Source: Chrysomallon squamiferum
Lineage: Eukaryota; Animalia; Mollusca
Length of the DNA stretch: 64,000 bases
Direction: 5' to 3'
Assembly: GCA_012295275.1 (NCBI GenBank)
Contig: CM022677.1
Span: 1,302,001 to 1,366,000 of the forward strand
Part shown: piece by piece, positions 44,286 through 58,800 of the stretch
How the letters are laid out: every line of letters starts with the position of its first letter
How positions within the stretch are numbered: the first letter of the stretch is position 1
Notes under the pieces: model-generated
Database searches by the model: none
What the model was told of the DNA's origin: nothing
The model's input: the letters and a program-made list of their open reading frames with translations, nothing else
Position numbers and translations under genes: made by a program

Positions 44286-47172
44286 CAGTCCAGCAGAAGT
44301 ATCACCTTTACGTTTTGTAGTGTAAAGGTTTTTTTAGTGTTGATGATTTTTGTTAGGGTATACATATACAGAAACTGCCGGGTGACATCTTCTTTCCTAG
44401 AGCAATTTGTGCTAGAAGGCTAAATCCAAGATGGCCGCCACAGAATCTATTTTCCACATATTTCCGTAACTAGATCAATAGAAACATCAATGAAACGTCG
44501 ATTTGTAAGCTTTCAGGCATAAAGAATCTAATGCAGCTATATTTTCCCAAATAAACACAAACAAGTCAAAATGGCAAGACTAAAACGATGAGGAACTGAC
44601 GTTTTAAAGTCAAATTTATATATGTTGTTATGTTTGGTATAGGCTAATAACTAATAGGTAAATAAGAATTAATTATTGAAGTTCATAGTATTTATTACTG
44701 TTTCAATTACTCTAAACATGTATGTAAACTGTTATCTATGTAAGATCCATCTGCAATGAGTTGGAATTGGTTTGTTTAACTGACAGTCAGTGTGACTAAT
44801 CACAAAGCATTTGTATTGCACCAGATTTCATCACAACAAGCACAGAACATCATGCAAGACAGACGGACATTCCTGAACCACATCTGGATGAACGACAAGG
44901 CGCGTTTGAGTCGTAAGACCGACTCTGTCTGGGATTGTCGTAGTTATTATCTGTTGGTTCCATCTTTCCGATGTCCAGTTTTGGTCTCTCACGACACACC
45001 ATAAGGATGTTTAATGATTCGCAGTTTTCACATTTTCCTTGAACCCTTCGCTAATTGGTGGTAGAAAGCATAATCTTGAAGTAATGTATACTGTTTGCCC
45101 ATGTGATGCATCTATTTGTCACAGATGTTACAGATTAAGTCCACTTCATACATCTTTCAGGACAATGTTATTTCCATTCCCGAAACAGTAAGCAACAGTG
45201 TAACAACCTGAAATTCATTAGGTATTTGATGATTTGTGTGCTTCTCAAATGACTTGCCTATTTAAACTACGATTCGGTCTTTGACTGGAGATTCAGTCTT
45301 ACCATGAGCTTGAGATCATCATCCAGATAACAATGCAGAAACAGTCTCATATGACGAACAGTTAAATATAGTCTTTAATATTTTTATTTAGATAACACTA
45401 TGGTAAATTTCGTGTGAAAAAGAAACAGAAGCAAACGTTTTGATAAGAGTTTGGCAGTGGACTTTTTATTAGACTATTGTCAATTGTTTTGATACGTTTA
45501 TTACGAAGTTTGTTTGTGTAATTAATGGCGTATTTGTCTAATATATACAACATAACTTAACATTTATATTAATATAATTATCTTATGTATTTCGGAAATA
45601 ATTAATAAATAAGTCAAGCTGTACTATTTGTTACTGTTATGTATCTAGTGGATGAGCACAGTATTATACTATAATGTAATATATTATTGTCGAAATTTGA
45701 ATTTATTAATCTCTAGTATAGTGCCTATAAACGCCTGTATAACCTAGACGATGATAAGGAACACCTTTCCATCCATTTGTACTGTCCATATGGCTTCTGT
45801 TTTGTGATGATCAGTTTGTAATTCTGTACATGGTCTCGACAGGACAAACCGTATTGTATGACAAACAGGTTTTTACTCTTCTACTAACTAACATGTGTAT
45901 CTGTCAAAGGAGGGCAGAACCACTGATGACTGAGACGTCAGTGTTTGGTGCATTTATAGATGAACCTCAGCTTTCAGTTGACTCTTCATCTTTGATGACA
46001 ACTTCATCTGGGGAACTGGCCTGAATCCTAATACTCTGGAATTTGTTTCACCAATGTTTACACCTTTCTTCGTCACTGCTGTGGTGGGTATTTTTTTTGC
46101 CGATGGTGACATGGAAAGGCTCCGGACAGGAGACCTCTGTCCTCCTCTGACTGCAACGACACCCACCTTGCCTTGAAAGTGCTCACTATGGCTTCATGAT
46201 GACTCGCTAGAGCAAGAACACTGATGCTCATCTCTAGCTTGTGATTCCTCTTAATGAATATTTTCCACCATCATCGACCATTTAAATAAGGTGAAGTATA
46301 ACTTATTTAAGATGTGAAGATTTAAGGCCCATGTTTTGAGTGATACTGTGAAAGATAATCAAGGCACATTTAAGTCAGTATATTAATTACATCCAGAAGC
46401 TAAAGGTCACTTTGCAAATGCCAAGAACAATCAAAACTCATTTTATTAAATATAAACATTTGAGAAAGCACAAGAAATTTCAAGAATAATTTAAGGAGCT
46501 GAGCATTTAAAACGGTATAGGTAAGTCTTCTTGAGAACATGTGTGTTCTGCAATGATTAAAATTTGGTGGGCATTTTGTCGTGAAAAATCATAATTGCAT
46601 TCGATTCTTAATGTCTGAAATCATATAACATGACCTCTAATTTATGTTTCTATCTTATCTAATAATCCTAATAAATTTCAGTGGCGACCAACTTGGATAT
46701 ATACATATTTAGAGTAATTGAACCAGCAGTAAAACTATAAACTTCAGTATTTAGTTTTACTATTTACTTATTAGTTGTTAGCTTATACCAAACATGTTAA
46801 CATATCTAGTGTATTAAAAGGCCAAATGGATTTAAATTTGACTTTAAAAAGTCATATGGTGATGGTTTTATGCTTGTCATCTTGATTTCTTTGTGTTTAT
46901 TTTTGGGAAAATATAGCTGCATTAGATTCTTTATGCCTGAAAGCTTACAAATCGATGTTTCATTGATGTTTCTATTGATCTAGTTACGGAAATATGTGGA
47001 AAATGGATTCTGTGGCGGCCATCTTGGATTTAGCCTTCTAGCACAAATTGCTCTAGGGCAAGAAGACGTCTCCCGGCAGTTTGAGTATATGCAGGCCCTA
47101 AACAACAATTATCAAAACTAAAAAAAAAAAAAAATGAGTTAAGCACAAATATGGCATTTATCTGCCGGACTG
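44286..47172. mobile_element. Non-autonomous/decayed DNA transposon with ~440-470 bp TIRs and 3-bp TAA target-site duplication (Academ-like)
   Basis: Termini CAGTCCAGCAGA...TCTGCCGGACTG are flanked on both sides by TAA. 44286-44723 is the reverse complement of ~46701-47172, with a near-identical core containing AATCCAAGATGGCCGCC. No intact internal ORF. The superfamily call is an inference from YAG termini, 3-bp TSD and long TIRs. Confidence 0.85.
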
Positions 47173-47409
47173 TAATTGTTAATATGCGTGTGTAGATTTT
47201 TTATAGCAGTTCTGTAGATTACAAGTCTGGCATGGTCATTAAAACTGAATTAAAACTATTACCGTGAAACTGGAACAGCTGTTTCCTGGATGTTTAATTT
47301 GTATTAATTTACATAATACTATTTATATTGCAATTAAGTAAAGATATCGCTGTAATAAAAGTAAGACTAACGGAAGTAACAGTAACTACTACTACTACAA
47401 TAATAATAA

Positions 47410-47520
<111 letters not shown>

Positions 47521-49542
47521 ATATATCAAATGTATAATCTACAGCTGGTAATGATTTTTCATTTGTAAATTATCTGCCAGGACAACATTATGACTTCTCA
47601 TTCCCCTATGGCGTGCAGTATTTCACGGCCAGAAGAAGTCTAACAGAGGTATGATACAATTGTCTCTCACTCCGGGGAATAATTTCACTTATTTACGGTA
47701 AGCCAGCAGCTGCCAGTCATATGCATTTTGTTTCTAAATGCGGCCAGTGTAAAATTCCTAACTGCAAGTATCTGCCGACTTTTTTCCTTTCTTTCATCGA
47801 TATATACCATAAAATTCTAACCTGACAAAGACTTACACAGGCACAATAAGACATACAAACACGTATATAATAACACAGATTAAAAAAAACAGATTTACAT
47901 ACAACTTTCATGTACACGCATAAAAATACTGTTTCAGATACATGCACTGAAAACAGTACTGAAATTAAAACAAAATGTGATGAAAAGTCTGTCTGAGAAA
48001 ACAAAACATTAGGAATAAAACTATCTGATTTCTGTTTTGACAAACTGAATTTGAAGAATGATAGTTAAGTGATAAAATATTTATATGCTTTGATGTTATT
48101 GAAATGTACAATATAAATAATTAAATAAAGTAATCGTATTGTATTCTACTGAAAATTCAGGATTCAACTTCTGTACAAAAAATACTTTGTATTCTCGGTT
48201 CTGTCTAATTACTGCTCTCCAGATGACGTGTTTTTTTTCTGAGAATGCTAAGATCAATATGATATACAGAGATGGCTTGACTATTTCTTATCCAGTTCGC
48301 ACCCCACCAGTAGAAGTAAAACCAAACAGAGAACATACATAAAAGATTATTTGTGTTAACTGATGATTCTGTCACGTGATGTCTCTGAAGTCGTACTTTG
48401 GTATCTAATGAATGTTAATACTAAACTAATACTGTTCCAGCAATGATAAGTGATATCTTGTGTCGCTGTCTGTCTGTCTGTGTTTCGCAGACAGATTATA
48501 TACGCATTGATCAGATTATGATCTGTATTCTTCAACTGTACCTAATTTATTTATGTACCTATTAATTTATCAAAATCCCGGCAGTTTCTAATAGAGAAAT
48601 CTTTGTTGCTATTGTTCAGCATTTCCTGGCTGACTTTATTCTCTGTGTTATCATGTGACATTCAACATCTTGTGATATCACTTGGTACTACTGCTACTGC
48701 TGCTGCTGCTACTACTACTACTGCTACTACTACTACTACTAGTTGTAGTAGTACTAGTACCTATAATAATAATAATAATAATAATAAATAGATAAATAAA
48801 TAAATATATAGAATTACAAAATTTCAAAATAGTAGGAGTAAATACAATAAAATACGATTCCTACTAAGTATTAAAATAAAACCGCGATTAAATAATTTGG
48901 TCAAAATAAGATCTGAAACATTCATCATCCCGAAAAAGAAGATAAAATAATATCCTAAATAATATTTATAATTTGTACTGCAAACATTTCATGACCGTCT
49001 GAACAGGAAGTAGTTACGGGAGACAAACCACACTAGAATAACCGGTGATCAACTTTTTCTGACACTATGACATAATTATTGTCGGTTCGACAGGCATCAT
49101 TATCTGGCAGTACCCGGGGTGTGCATTTTAGCTGTTATTTAGATCACTTCTAGCAGTGTGCCACATCACTGTGTGGAAGTCTGGATTACATAATGGCCTG
49201 CCGGAGTCTGAGTCAAGTCACTTTCCAGTACCTGTTTTAACAGTGAAAGACGCGTGTTACTCACATACATACTGCTTGTGTATGTTATCTGTCTCTTCCT
49301 GCCGACCAGAGTTAAAATTTTAAAAATTTACGCGATATAAGTCACAAATTACATGCTGAAACTGTTTTTCTTGAGATGCTAGTGTGCTAGTAATAAATGT
49401 GTGCGTCATCTTTCTGACAAGAATTTCCTGTGTAATTGCTTGAGTTTTGAGAAAATGCCAGACGTAAGTGAAAATAGAAAACCAGTTTGTCACAAAATCT
49501 CTGAAACCGTCTGGAAGGAATTTTTTATTTTTTTATTTTTTT

Positions 49543-49628
<86 letters not shown>

Positions 49629-50139
49629 AACAACAACAACAATGACAACAACCTCAACAACAGAAAACAGCACTAATAACAACAATAACAATTGTCATGA
49701 TTGCAGTGTTGCTGGTATTCATTTGTAATCCAACTGACCATGGTTCGCTAACCAGCTTCTGATCCGGCCAACCGTAACGAACAGACTGTTGTGTTTAGTC
49801 ACTGTGCTGACAGAACAATATTCTGTTTTAGTGTTGTAAATAAAAATATGTTGTCAAAATCAATAAACATTTTTATCTATGTATATCGTTCATTGCTTAG
49901 ATATTTTAAACTCAGAATTAATTTTCCTGACAAGTGCAATTCATATATTTCTATAAAATTAATTGAAATTTTGAATTTAATTTAAATACTGACAAACATC
50001 CACCTCCTTTTTTCTGTTGCAAGATTGTGGACTATTTCCAGATATTTGTTACTTTTATTTTTGCCGACTTGTCTTATTTTCAATACTATATCTACATTTT
50101 TGTAAAATCTTCATTGATTAATTTACAAGGAAAGTAAAT

Positions 50140-50260
<121 letters not shown>

Positions 50261-51052
50261 GACATTTCTATATATACTAATACATACACACAACTCAACG
50301 ACTAATGTAAGTTAATATACAAATTGCCACCGATCTCAGTTATTGTTATTGAAAATCAAATTACGGTTTATTCAGAAATGCATTAAAGCCCAGAGTGTTG
50401 CCAGTACATCAGACACTGCCAAAAATAAGGTGAGTATTCTAATAACTGATATTAGATGCTATATTTTCTATTTCATATTGATATAAAAAAACACTTTATC
50501 TACTATTTCTGGATCTCAATTAAATTTGATCGATATTTTTATATCGACACACATATACACATATATGTGACACACACTTAATTTTATCTATATACAAACA
50601 CATACAGACACTCAAACACACAAATATATATTACTGTCTAAAATATTCTTAAAAAGAATGTGTGACCAGTGCAAGAATGCTTGAACGAAATTACGATTGA
50701 ACATGTCAAAAAAATATTTTCTTTCATATTTATTCAAATACGTTATCAGTTATTGTTTTCACGTCTCGTTTGATTAAAAGAAGAGAAACAAAAAAGAAGA
50801 GAAATACAGAAAAAGAAGAGAAAGAAAATGAAATGACTAAAGTAAATAAAGAAACAAAAACAAGTTATTACAGAGATATCACAATACTTTCATATAGTTG
50901 AAACAAACAAGGTTTATTTTGTGTTTTCACATTTGTTACTGAACAGTGCAAAATTAATGTAAAGAAGACAAAAGTAGCAGATAGCGAAATTGAAGAAAGC
51001 AAATTAGTATGTAAATAAAATAAAATAATTACTAAATTAATAATAAATATCC

Positions 51053-51125
<73 letters not shown>

Positions 51126-51279
51126 AAGAAGAAGAAGAAGACGACCACGAAGAAGAAGAAAAATAAAACAAATTAAAAAACAATAACAAAGAAACAAAAA
51201 CAGCGTGCATAACATAATCGAACCGTGGTAAGGAAAGACAATTTTAAATCATTAAGAGAAAGAAACACAACAGACCAGG

Positions 51280-51281
<2 letters not shown>

Positions 51282-51322
<41 letters not shown>

Positions 51323-51383
51323 GTGTGTGTGTGTGTGTGTGTGTGTGTCTGTGTTTGTGAGTGTTTCTGTATGTGTGTGTGTG

Positions 51384-51424
<41 letters not shown>

Positions 51425-51440
51425 CTGTGTGTATGTGTGT

Positions 51441-51476
<36 letters not shown>

Positions 51477-51551
51477 TTCTGTGTGTATGTGTGTGTGTGT
51501 TTCTGTGTGTTGTGTGTGTATGTCTGTGTGTGTTGCTGTGTGTGTGTGTGG

Positions 51552-51597
<46 letters not shown>

Positions 51598-51612
51598 CTG
51601 TATGTGTTTGTA
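51282..51612. repeat. (GT)n microsatellite, imperfect
   Basis: Direct reading. Confidence 0.92.
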
Positions 51613-52063
51613 TATCTAACGCTGGTGTATGTTTTACATATGGACAGACGTACGCTAGCATCAAAATTACAAAATATAATTTTAGTAAAACTTATAAACT
51701 TCAGGGAAAAAAACTGATATTAACTAAAAATTGTATTCATTTTTGATTCATTTACAAGCATAAAACTACCATAAAAAAAAAAAAAAATTACTTCAATATA
51801 CATTATTTACTGTTCATTTTAATACTTTCTTTTTCTTTCTTTTTTTCTTTTTGCTACATTAATCCTCGTTATAGTGTGTAGTTCAGTTGTTTGTTGTAAA
51901 AGTATTCATTACACTCAGCGAGACATATTTTATTAATAATAATGAACACTGCTTTACGATGCGATAGTTCAAACATATTGATCAGACAGGTATCGTATTA
52001 ATGCCTTAGCAGTGGTTATTTGCTGTGACAAGTAATATAACACACACACATATATATATAAAT

Positions 52064-52156
<93 letters not shown>

Positions 52157-52334
52157 ATCGCAAAAACAACAGTAATAACAAACAACACAAAAGGTCACTT
52201 AACAAAACAGGTTGCCTGATAACAGAGATTATTTTATACAATACAGACATTATCCTTAAATTGTATGTTATGTACATGTGTATGCATGTGTATGTATGTA
52301 TGTATGTATGTATGTATGTATGTATGTATGTATG

Positions 52335-52368
<34 letters not shown>

Positions 52369-52500
52369 TATATGTATATATGTACGTAATGTATTTTTTC
52401 AGTGAAAAGTATTTCAACGTACTATATTAAGAATACTCATAATTATATGTCGGATTCTCAAGAAATTAAAAATAGTTAGAAGATTATGTTTTTGATACGA

Positions 52501-52626
52501 CCAATGATTCTTGGATGCTCTACACACTGCAACGGAGAAAACACAAAGACAACAGGAAGTTACAGTCGGAAGTAGGACTCGTGCCAAATATGGATACCAC
52601 ATGGTTTAGTACAAAGTGAAAACAAC
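52501..52626 (+). promoter_or_regulatory. Putative DDX49 proximal promoter/5' leader
   Basis: CCAAT at 52501 and two ETS-type GGAAGT motifs (CAGGAAGT 52553, CGGAAGT 52567) just upstream of the ATG; TSS not determinable. Confidence 0.4.
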
Positions 52627-52741
52627 ATGAATTCCTTTAAAGATCTCGGACTAAACGACTGGCTAGCTGACCAGTGTACTACCATGGGTTTAAGTAAACC
52701 GACACCAATCCAGAAGCAATGTATTCCAAAAATACTTCAAG
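52627..52741 (+). CDS. DDX49: DDX49 exon 1 (Q motif)
   Basis: [39 protein letters not shown]; donor G|GTTTT, phase 1. Confidence 0.93.
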
Positions 52742-52806
52742 GTTTTCTTAAAATTTATTTAAAATCACTACTTTGGTACTTAGTTACAGTACTACTCATT
52801 TATTTT

Positions 52807-52847
<41 letters not shown>

Positions 52848-55800
52848 ATTTATATCGTTATGTCCGAATGTATTGTATACGTGTAATGAAAATAAATTAT
52901 ATGATTTTGACAGTTTAGTTTATACAGTACAGTCACAGTGTATAGAGTACTGTATTATGTGTATAGTTCAGAGCTTTCACAGCTGCTTTGGCTATGTAGT
53001 ACTAGTAGTCTATACTATAACTAATTCACAAAGAATGAAAGATAAACACTGATGATGATGATAATGATACTAATATTAGTAATATAATATATGTAATTAT
53101 TTAACTCCAACCCACAGGTGTTTTGCCATCGAGTTATGTCTGTTACGATACTGTCTCAGTGTATAATAATAATAATAATAGTAATAATGTCATTTATATA
53201 TGAACAGAACACTTTGACTTTTGTGTGTAACTTCAGAACTTGAGCTTTACATCAAAGCTGAAGCTGTTTTCACCATTGTCCGAATTTTTATTACTATTTT
53301 TAGAATTCAAATCAGATAGTTGTGTAAGTACTTTAGTATTTAAAAGTGACAGTCTGTTCTCTTGAGTGTATTCTAGTTTGTACATCAGCAGAATGCACGT
53401 TAAAACTGAATTAACTATTTACTTTCACTAACGTTTTTCATTTTTGTACAAACATTATTGTTATTATTTTTCCACATATACTTAAGTAAAATATTGAAAC
53501 AAAATATTTGTATTAAAATGAAATATATAATTTTAACAGTAATAATAAGTATTATATGTATTGTATTTTAAAAATGCATAACAACTAATCAAATAATTTC
53601 ATATTTAAATTTTATATTAAATCTGATTTCAGTGCTGTGTAGATGTTTAACTAAGATAAAACAAACACTATTATTCAGGTGATGACTGTATTGGATGTGC
53701 TAAAACTGGAAGTGGAAAAACTGCAGCGTTTGCTCTGCCCATGTTACAGAAACTTGCAGAGGATCCGTACGGAATTTTCGCTCTTGTTCTGACACCAACC
53801 AGGTGTGAATTTTCTATTTTAATAAATTACATACATTCTTATTTTAGCTGAGATATTTTGTTGTCAGATAAATGTTATTCATATGAGTTCAAAAAAATTC
53901 TTCCAGTAAATAAATCCACACATTTATAATTTTCTGTTGCAAATTTGCATGAAAATAATGACATGTAATTCAGTCATTTGAACTCTAATTTTTTTTAATG
54001 AAACCCTTTTGCTTTTCAATATATAGGTCTATATATTCATTAATAATTTAAATATTTTCTCACATTTTTGTGCTTGCGAAGATGACAGTAGATTCTTTTT
54101 TGTTTTCTAATGTTCATTTATGCAGAATGTTGGTATTTCATTTATTTTGATTGTGTTTAGTGAAATAATTAAAATTATTATTAAACTAGTACTATTACTG
54201 TTGTTGTAGTTATTATAACGTTTAATTGTATTCAGGGAGCTTGCGTTCCAGATTGGTGAACAGTTCAGTGTTCTGGGAAAGCCGATTGGTGTAAGAGTTA
54301 CAGTTATCACTGGTGGTCTCGGTGAGTTAGAGTTTTCAGATAAAACTTACACACAAATATACTTCCAGATACAGTCACAAAATTATTAAATCATTTCAGA
54401 AGAAACTTGTGTTAGATTCTGTATATTGCCACATATTTATATTTAAAATATTCGGTCTTCCTTGCTCAGTTATGCTAATTTGTATTATCATACAAAATTT
54501 AATTTGTAAATGAAAAATTTATAAAAATAGTATTATAAAAATAAGAGTTTGGACACCAGTAGGGTACAGTTTAAAAAAAAAAACAACAGGTTTTCATTTG
54601 TCTGTTGTTGCAAGGTAGATAACTCTGCAATACAGTGTTTGAATTCCATAAATATCATTGCTGTAGGAGGTTCTGGAAGCATAAACATGTTATATTTTTT
54701 AAAATACAGTTTACCTATGCCTTCTAATCAGTTAATTTTTAAAGAAACATTTGATCAATTAGTTAATGGAGATATATATTATTCACTGCTATGAAAGTTT
54801 CAAAACAAGAAGACAAGGTTGGAATTTCTAGTTCTGGCCTGTGCTCCTGTAATTATCAAAGACCACAATATATACATTGCTACAGATATACTGGAAACTG
54901 CATATTGTTTTTTTCCTAATGGGACAATGTAGTTGTTTTAGTGTTTTATGAAAATAGAATTAATGAAAAGGTTTTGACAGAATGTAAAATTCAGAGAGTG
55001 TTTGATGTGTTTGCAGACATGATGAAGCAAGGCATTGACCTGTCAGTGAAGCCACACATCGTCATCTCAACACCTGGCAGACTGGCTGACCACATCAGCA
55101 GCTGCAACACTTTCAGTTTGAAAAGAATCAAATTTCTAGTGAGGAAAAAATTAGCTTAAAAAAGAAAATGTTTCTTATTATTTATGTTTTTCTTTTTCTT
55201 TAGTACTTTTTAGTTTTGTATGTTGTTGTTGTTCCCTTCAGTTAGGAAATTTGTTTATGTTTTAGTACCTGTAGATATATAAATAGAAAAACTAAAAATT
55301 TTAAACATGTTTTATTTTTATGTTTCTTAGTGATTATATATTTTTTATGGTATTGTTTAACATCAGAAATATCATTTAGTTCAAACTGATTTGATGAATA
55401 TAATTTGTGTGTATAATAACAGGTTATGTAATTATCTGTGAATGTTGCGGATAAGTAAACAAACACACATATATCAGCTCATGTACATTACAGTATAGTG
55501 TGCTTTTAAAATCTAATTTAGATTTCAGTCCAGATTTGTCAAAAATTACAAATTTTAATTCAGGTTTTGGATGAAGCTGATCGTTTGTTGGAAGACAATT
55601 TTGGTTCTCAACTGGAAGAAATTTTTAAAGTGATCCCGACAAAACGTCAGACTTTGTTATTCAGTGCCACAATGACAGAAACCATCCAGCAGCTACAAGA
55701 AGTTTCTACCAATAAACCTTTCTTCTGGCAGCAGTCTTCCAAGTAAATATTATTTTAAAAAAATCACTTATCAGATAAAATAGAAATTCAAACTTTAAGT

Positions 55801-58800
55801 AATAGGTATATTTTTTCCAACAGAAAGAATGAGCATAAAAAAAGTAATTTATTTTAAAATATTTCCACAAACATTTATACACTTTATGACTGCCATTGCA
55901 CAAAAAGAAATTTGTTTTTTTTTAAAAAAGAATAAACAATCTGGAAATAGTCTTATGACATGAGTTGTTTAACAAGTTAGAAATGTTAAATTTCAAAATA
56001 CAAGGTCAGTGTCAGATCATCACTGGAGAAGTGAAACTTTGTTTGTGTTTTACTCAGTTTGGCAAAATGCAGTTACAACTCTTCTGGCTGGAACCCTTTC
56101 TAATTGGTCTGTGAAGCAAAATTTGTACTGGCAAACTTCATATTTCTCGCATTAATAGTATGTAAGAGAGAAAATTCTGGTAATTAATAGGCCAAATTAT
56201 TTTTTATGTCTGTTAAAATGTTTTGTTGTTAAAATTGTTATTTCCAGTGTTGCTACTGTTGATGAGTTGGTGCAGACCTATGTTCTCATGCCAGCTGATT
56301 TGAAAGATGCCTACTTGATCCACATTCTTCAGAAATGTACAACAGAAAACGAGAAGGGATCTATCATTATCTTCACCAGCACTTGCAAGTACAAGAATTT
56401 TGTCATGATCTAATCTTGCAATAAATCACACACTTAAATTTGATTTTATATGCAGATATCCTAATTAATAAGGCTCTGATCTTCCATTCTCAGCAAAAAC
56501 AGAGAAATGTCTAAAAATCCAGTTATTTTCTTTTCACAATAAAATGATATATTAAAGCTGTTTTTTAATTTTAATAATAAATGTTGAAAAACTATGAGAT
56601 GAATGTCAAGATTCCTTCAAGTAATTTAATGTTATTCTGCCTTTATTCTAAATGTATTGGTACTTTCCAGTGGTTTGGCTGCCTGTTTTGATTACTCTAC
56701 AGATTTTTGTTGTTTATTACTGGGTTGTCAGGTTTGAGATGGTGATTCACACATCTGAATTACATACATTTTCTGAAAACTAAACAACTCTATCTACAAA
56801 TACCAAAAAATGTCTTCAAATTTAACTTAAAAACACTGAGCTTTTTTCTGATCCACTATTATTATTGTATCATCAGTGCTGTTTGTGTGTTTCAGGTACA
56901 CACAGATAATTGGAATGATCTGTCATGAACTTGGTTTTCCCACTGTTGTTACATCAGTGCTGTTTGTGTGTTTCAGGTACACACAGATAATTGGAATGAT
57001 CTGTCATGAACTTGGTTTTCCCACTGTTGTTACATCAGTGCTGTTTGTGTGTTTCAGGTACACACAGATAATCGGAATGATCTGTCATGAACTTGGTTTT
57101 CCCACTGTTGTTCTGCATTCAATGATTCCACAGAAACAGCGACTGGCAGCACTGGCCAAGTTCAAGTCAAATCAAATCCAGATCCTCATCGCCACTGATG
57201 TAGCTAGCAGGTAAAGCTGTGTTTAGTTTTACAAATCTTAAACAGAAATGTGTTGATAGGAATCCTCTGCACTGATGTAGCTACAGGTAAAGCTGTGTTT
57301 AGTTTTACAAATTTTATTTAATTTAACAAATTGTCTGTCAAAAAACAAAAGTAGTTAAAAAAACATGCTACATTCAATGTGGGAAATTTAACAACAAGAA
57401 CAAACAAATCATAATCTAGTTTAAATGAATTTATACAGAATTAGACAAATGTGTCATTCACGGTTTGATCTGATACAGGTTTAAACTGAAATACATCACA
57501 TCTGTATTTGAATGAAGAAGTGAACTAAAGATTGTGTGTGTGTGAAATTCATTTGATTTTTGCTGATTTTCTTATCTACTTAATTTATAAAATATGCATG
57601 AGTGTATTTTTCTTGTAGTATTATCTCTTTAGATTTCAGATGTTGAAATTTAATTATCTCTGTTAGTGTTTGTTGTAACTTAACATGCTGTTTCAGTTTG
57701 TTATTTACTGTAAATATACCTCTACAACGAGAACCTTGGATCAGTCCTAGTTACTGAATCTTTTTTTAATATTTTCTAAAATAACTCTCTTTACCTGTCT
57801 TGTTATTTATATCTTTACTTCTTTTTAAACATGAGTTTGACATATAATCAGATATAATTAGTAAAAAAAAAAAAAAAATCTCAGTTATTGCAGGATTGTG
57901 TTCTAACATTAATCTTACAGGTTTTTTTTTTTTTTTTCTGCTGAAAGTATTTGTTTGTTTATTGGTTTTATCTATTTTTTTAAAGAAATTATATACCAGT
58001 ATTGCTTTATTTTTTCATTATACATTACTGAGTTGTTGTTTTTTTAATATATTAATATATGTTTTGACAGAGGTTTAGATATTCCAACAGTAGACTACAT
58101 TATCAATCACAATGTACCAAACAGACAGAAAGACTACGTACACAGAGTGGGGAGAACAGCAAGAGCAGGTGAATTTTTTACTCATTTTTAATAATGTGTT
58201 TTTAATTAACACGTATAATCAACTTTTCCTTGCCCTAGTCTGAATGAAATATCTGAATTCTTTTAGTTTTTTTTTTCATTTCATATAATAATTTTAGGTA
58301 TAATTGTGGGTGTTTCTGTATAGACAGAAAGATAGACAGATATGGATGCAAGGGTGGAGGTATTTTCTTATAACGTAATGCCTAGAAAATGTTTGTAATG
58401 ATATCTTTTGTTATTTTGATTATCTTATTCTTTTTATATGTTGATTATCACTAATTTAAATGTTTAAAATTTAACTACTTTCTGATCAGGTAGGAGAGGA
58501 ATGGCTATCACGTTGGTGACTCAGTTTGACATCAAACTGGTTCATGCTATTGAAACTTTCATCAGTGAGTCTTTTCTCAGTTTACAAACATCTTGTTACC
58601 TTTCTCACTGAGAGAAATCATAAATACTAATTAGCACACCATCCATTGAGACCAAATACAAACTAAAGGAAGTTAATATCTCAAAGTGACAGCAGTCATG
58701 TTAATTAAATGTTTCTGTTTAATTTAAGTGAAACATATTTGGTTTTTCTTTAATATTCATGATACATAGACTAAATTCAATTAATTAATTTATTGTTTTA

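Noticed and set aside
45954-46166. 70-aa ORF inside the long-TIR element as a transposase
   Set aside because: Too short and lacks a catalytic motif; at most a decayed remnant.
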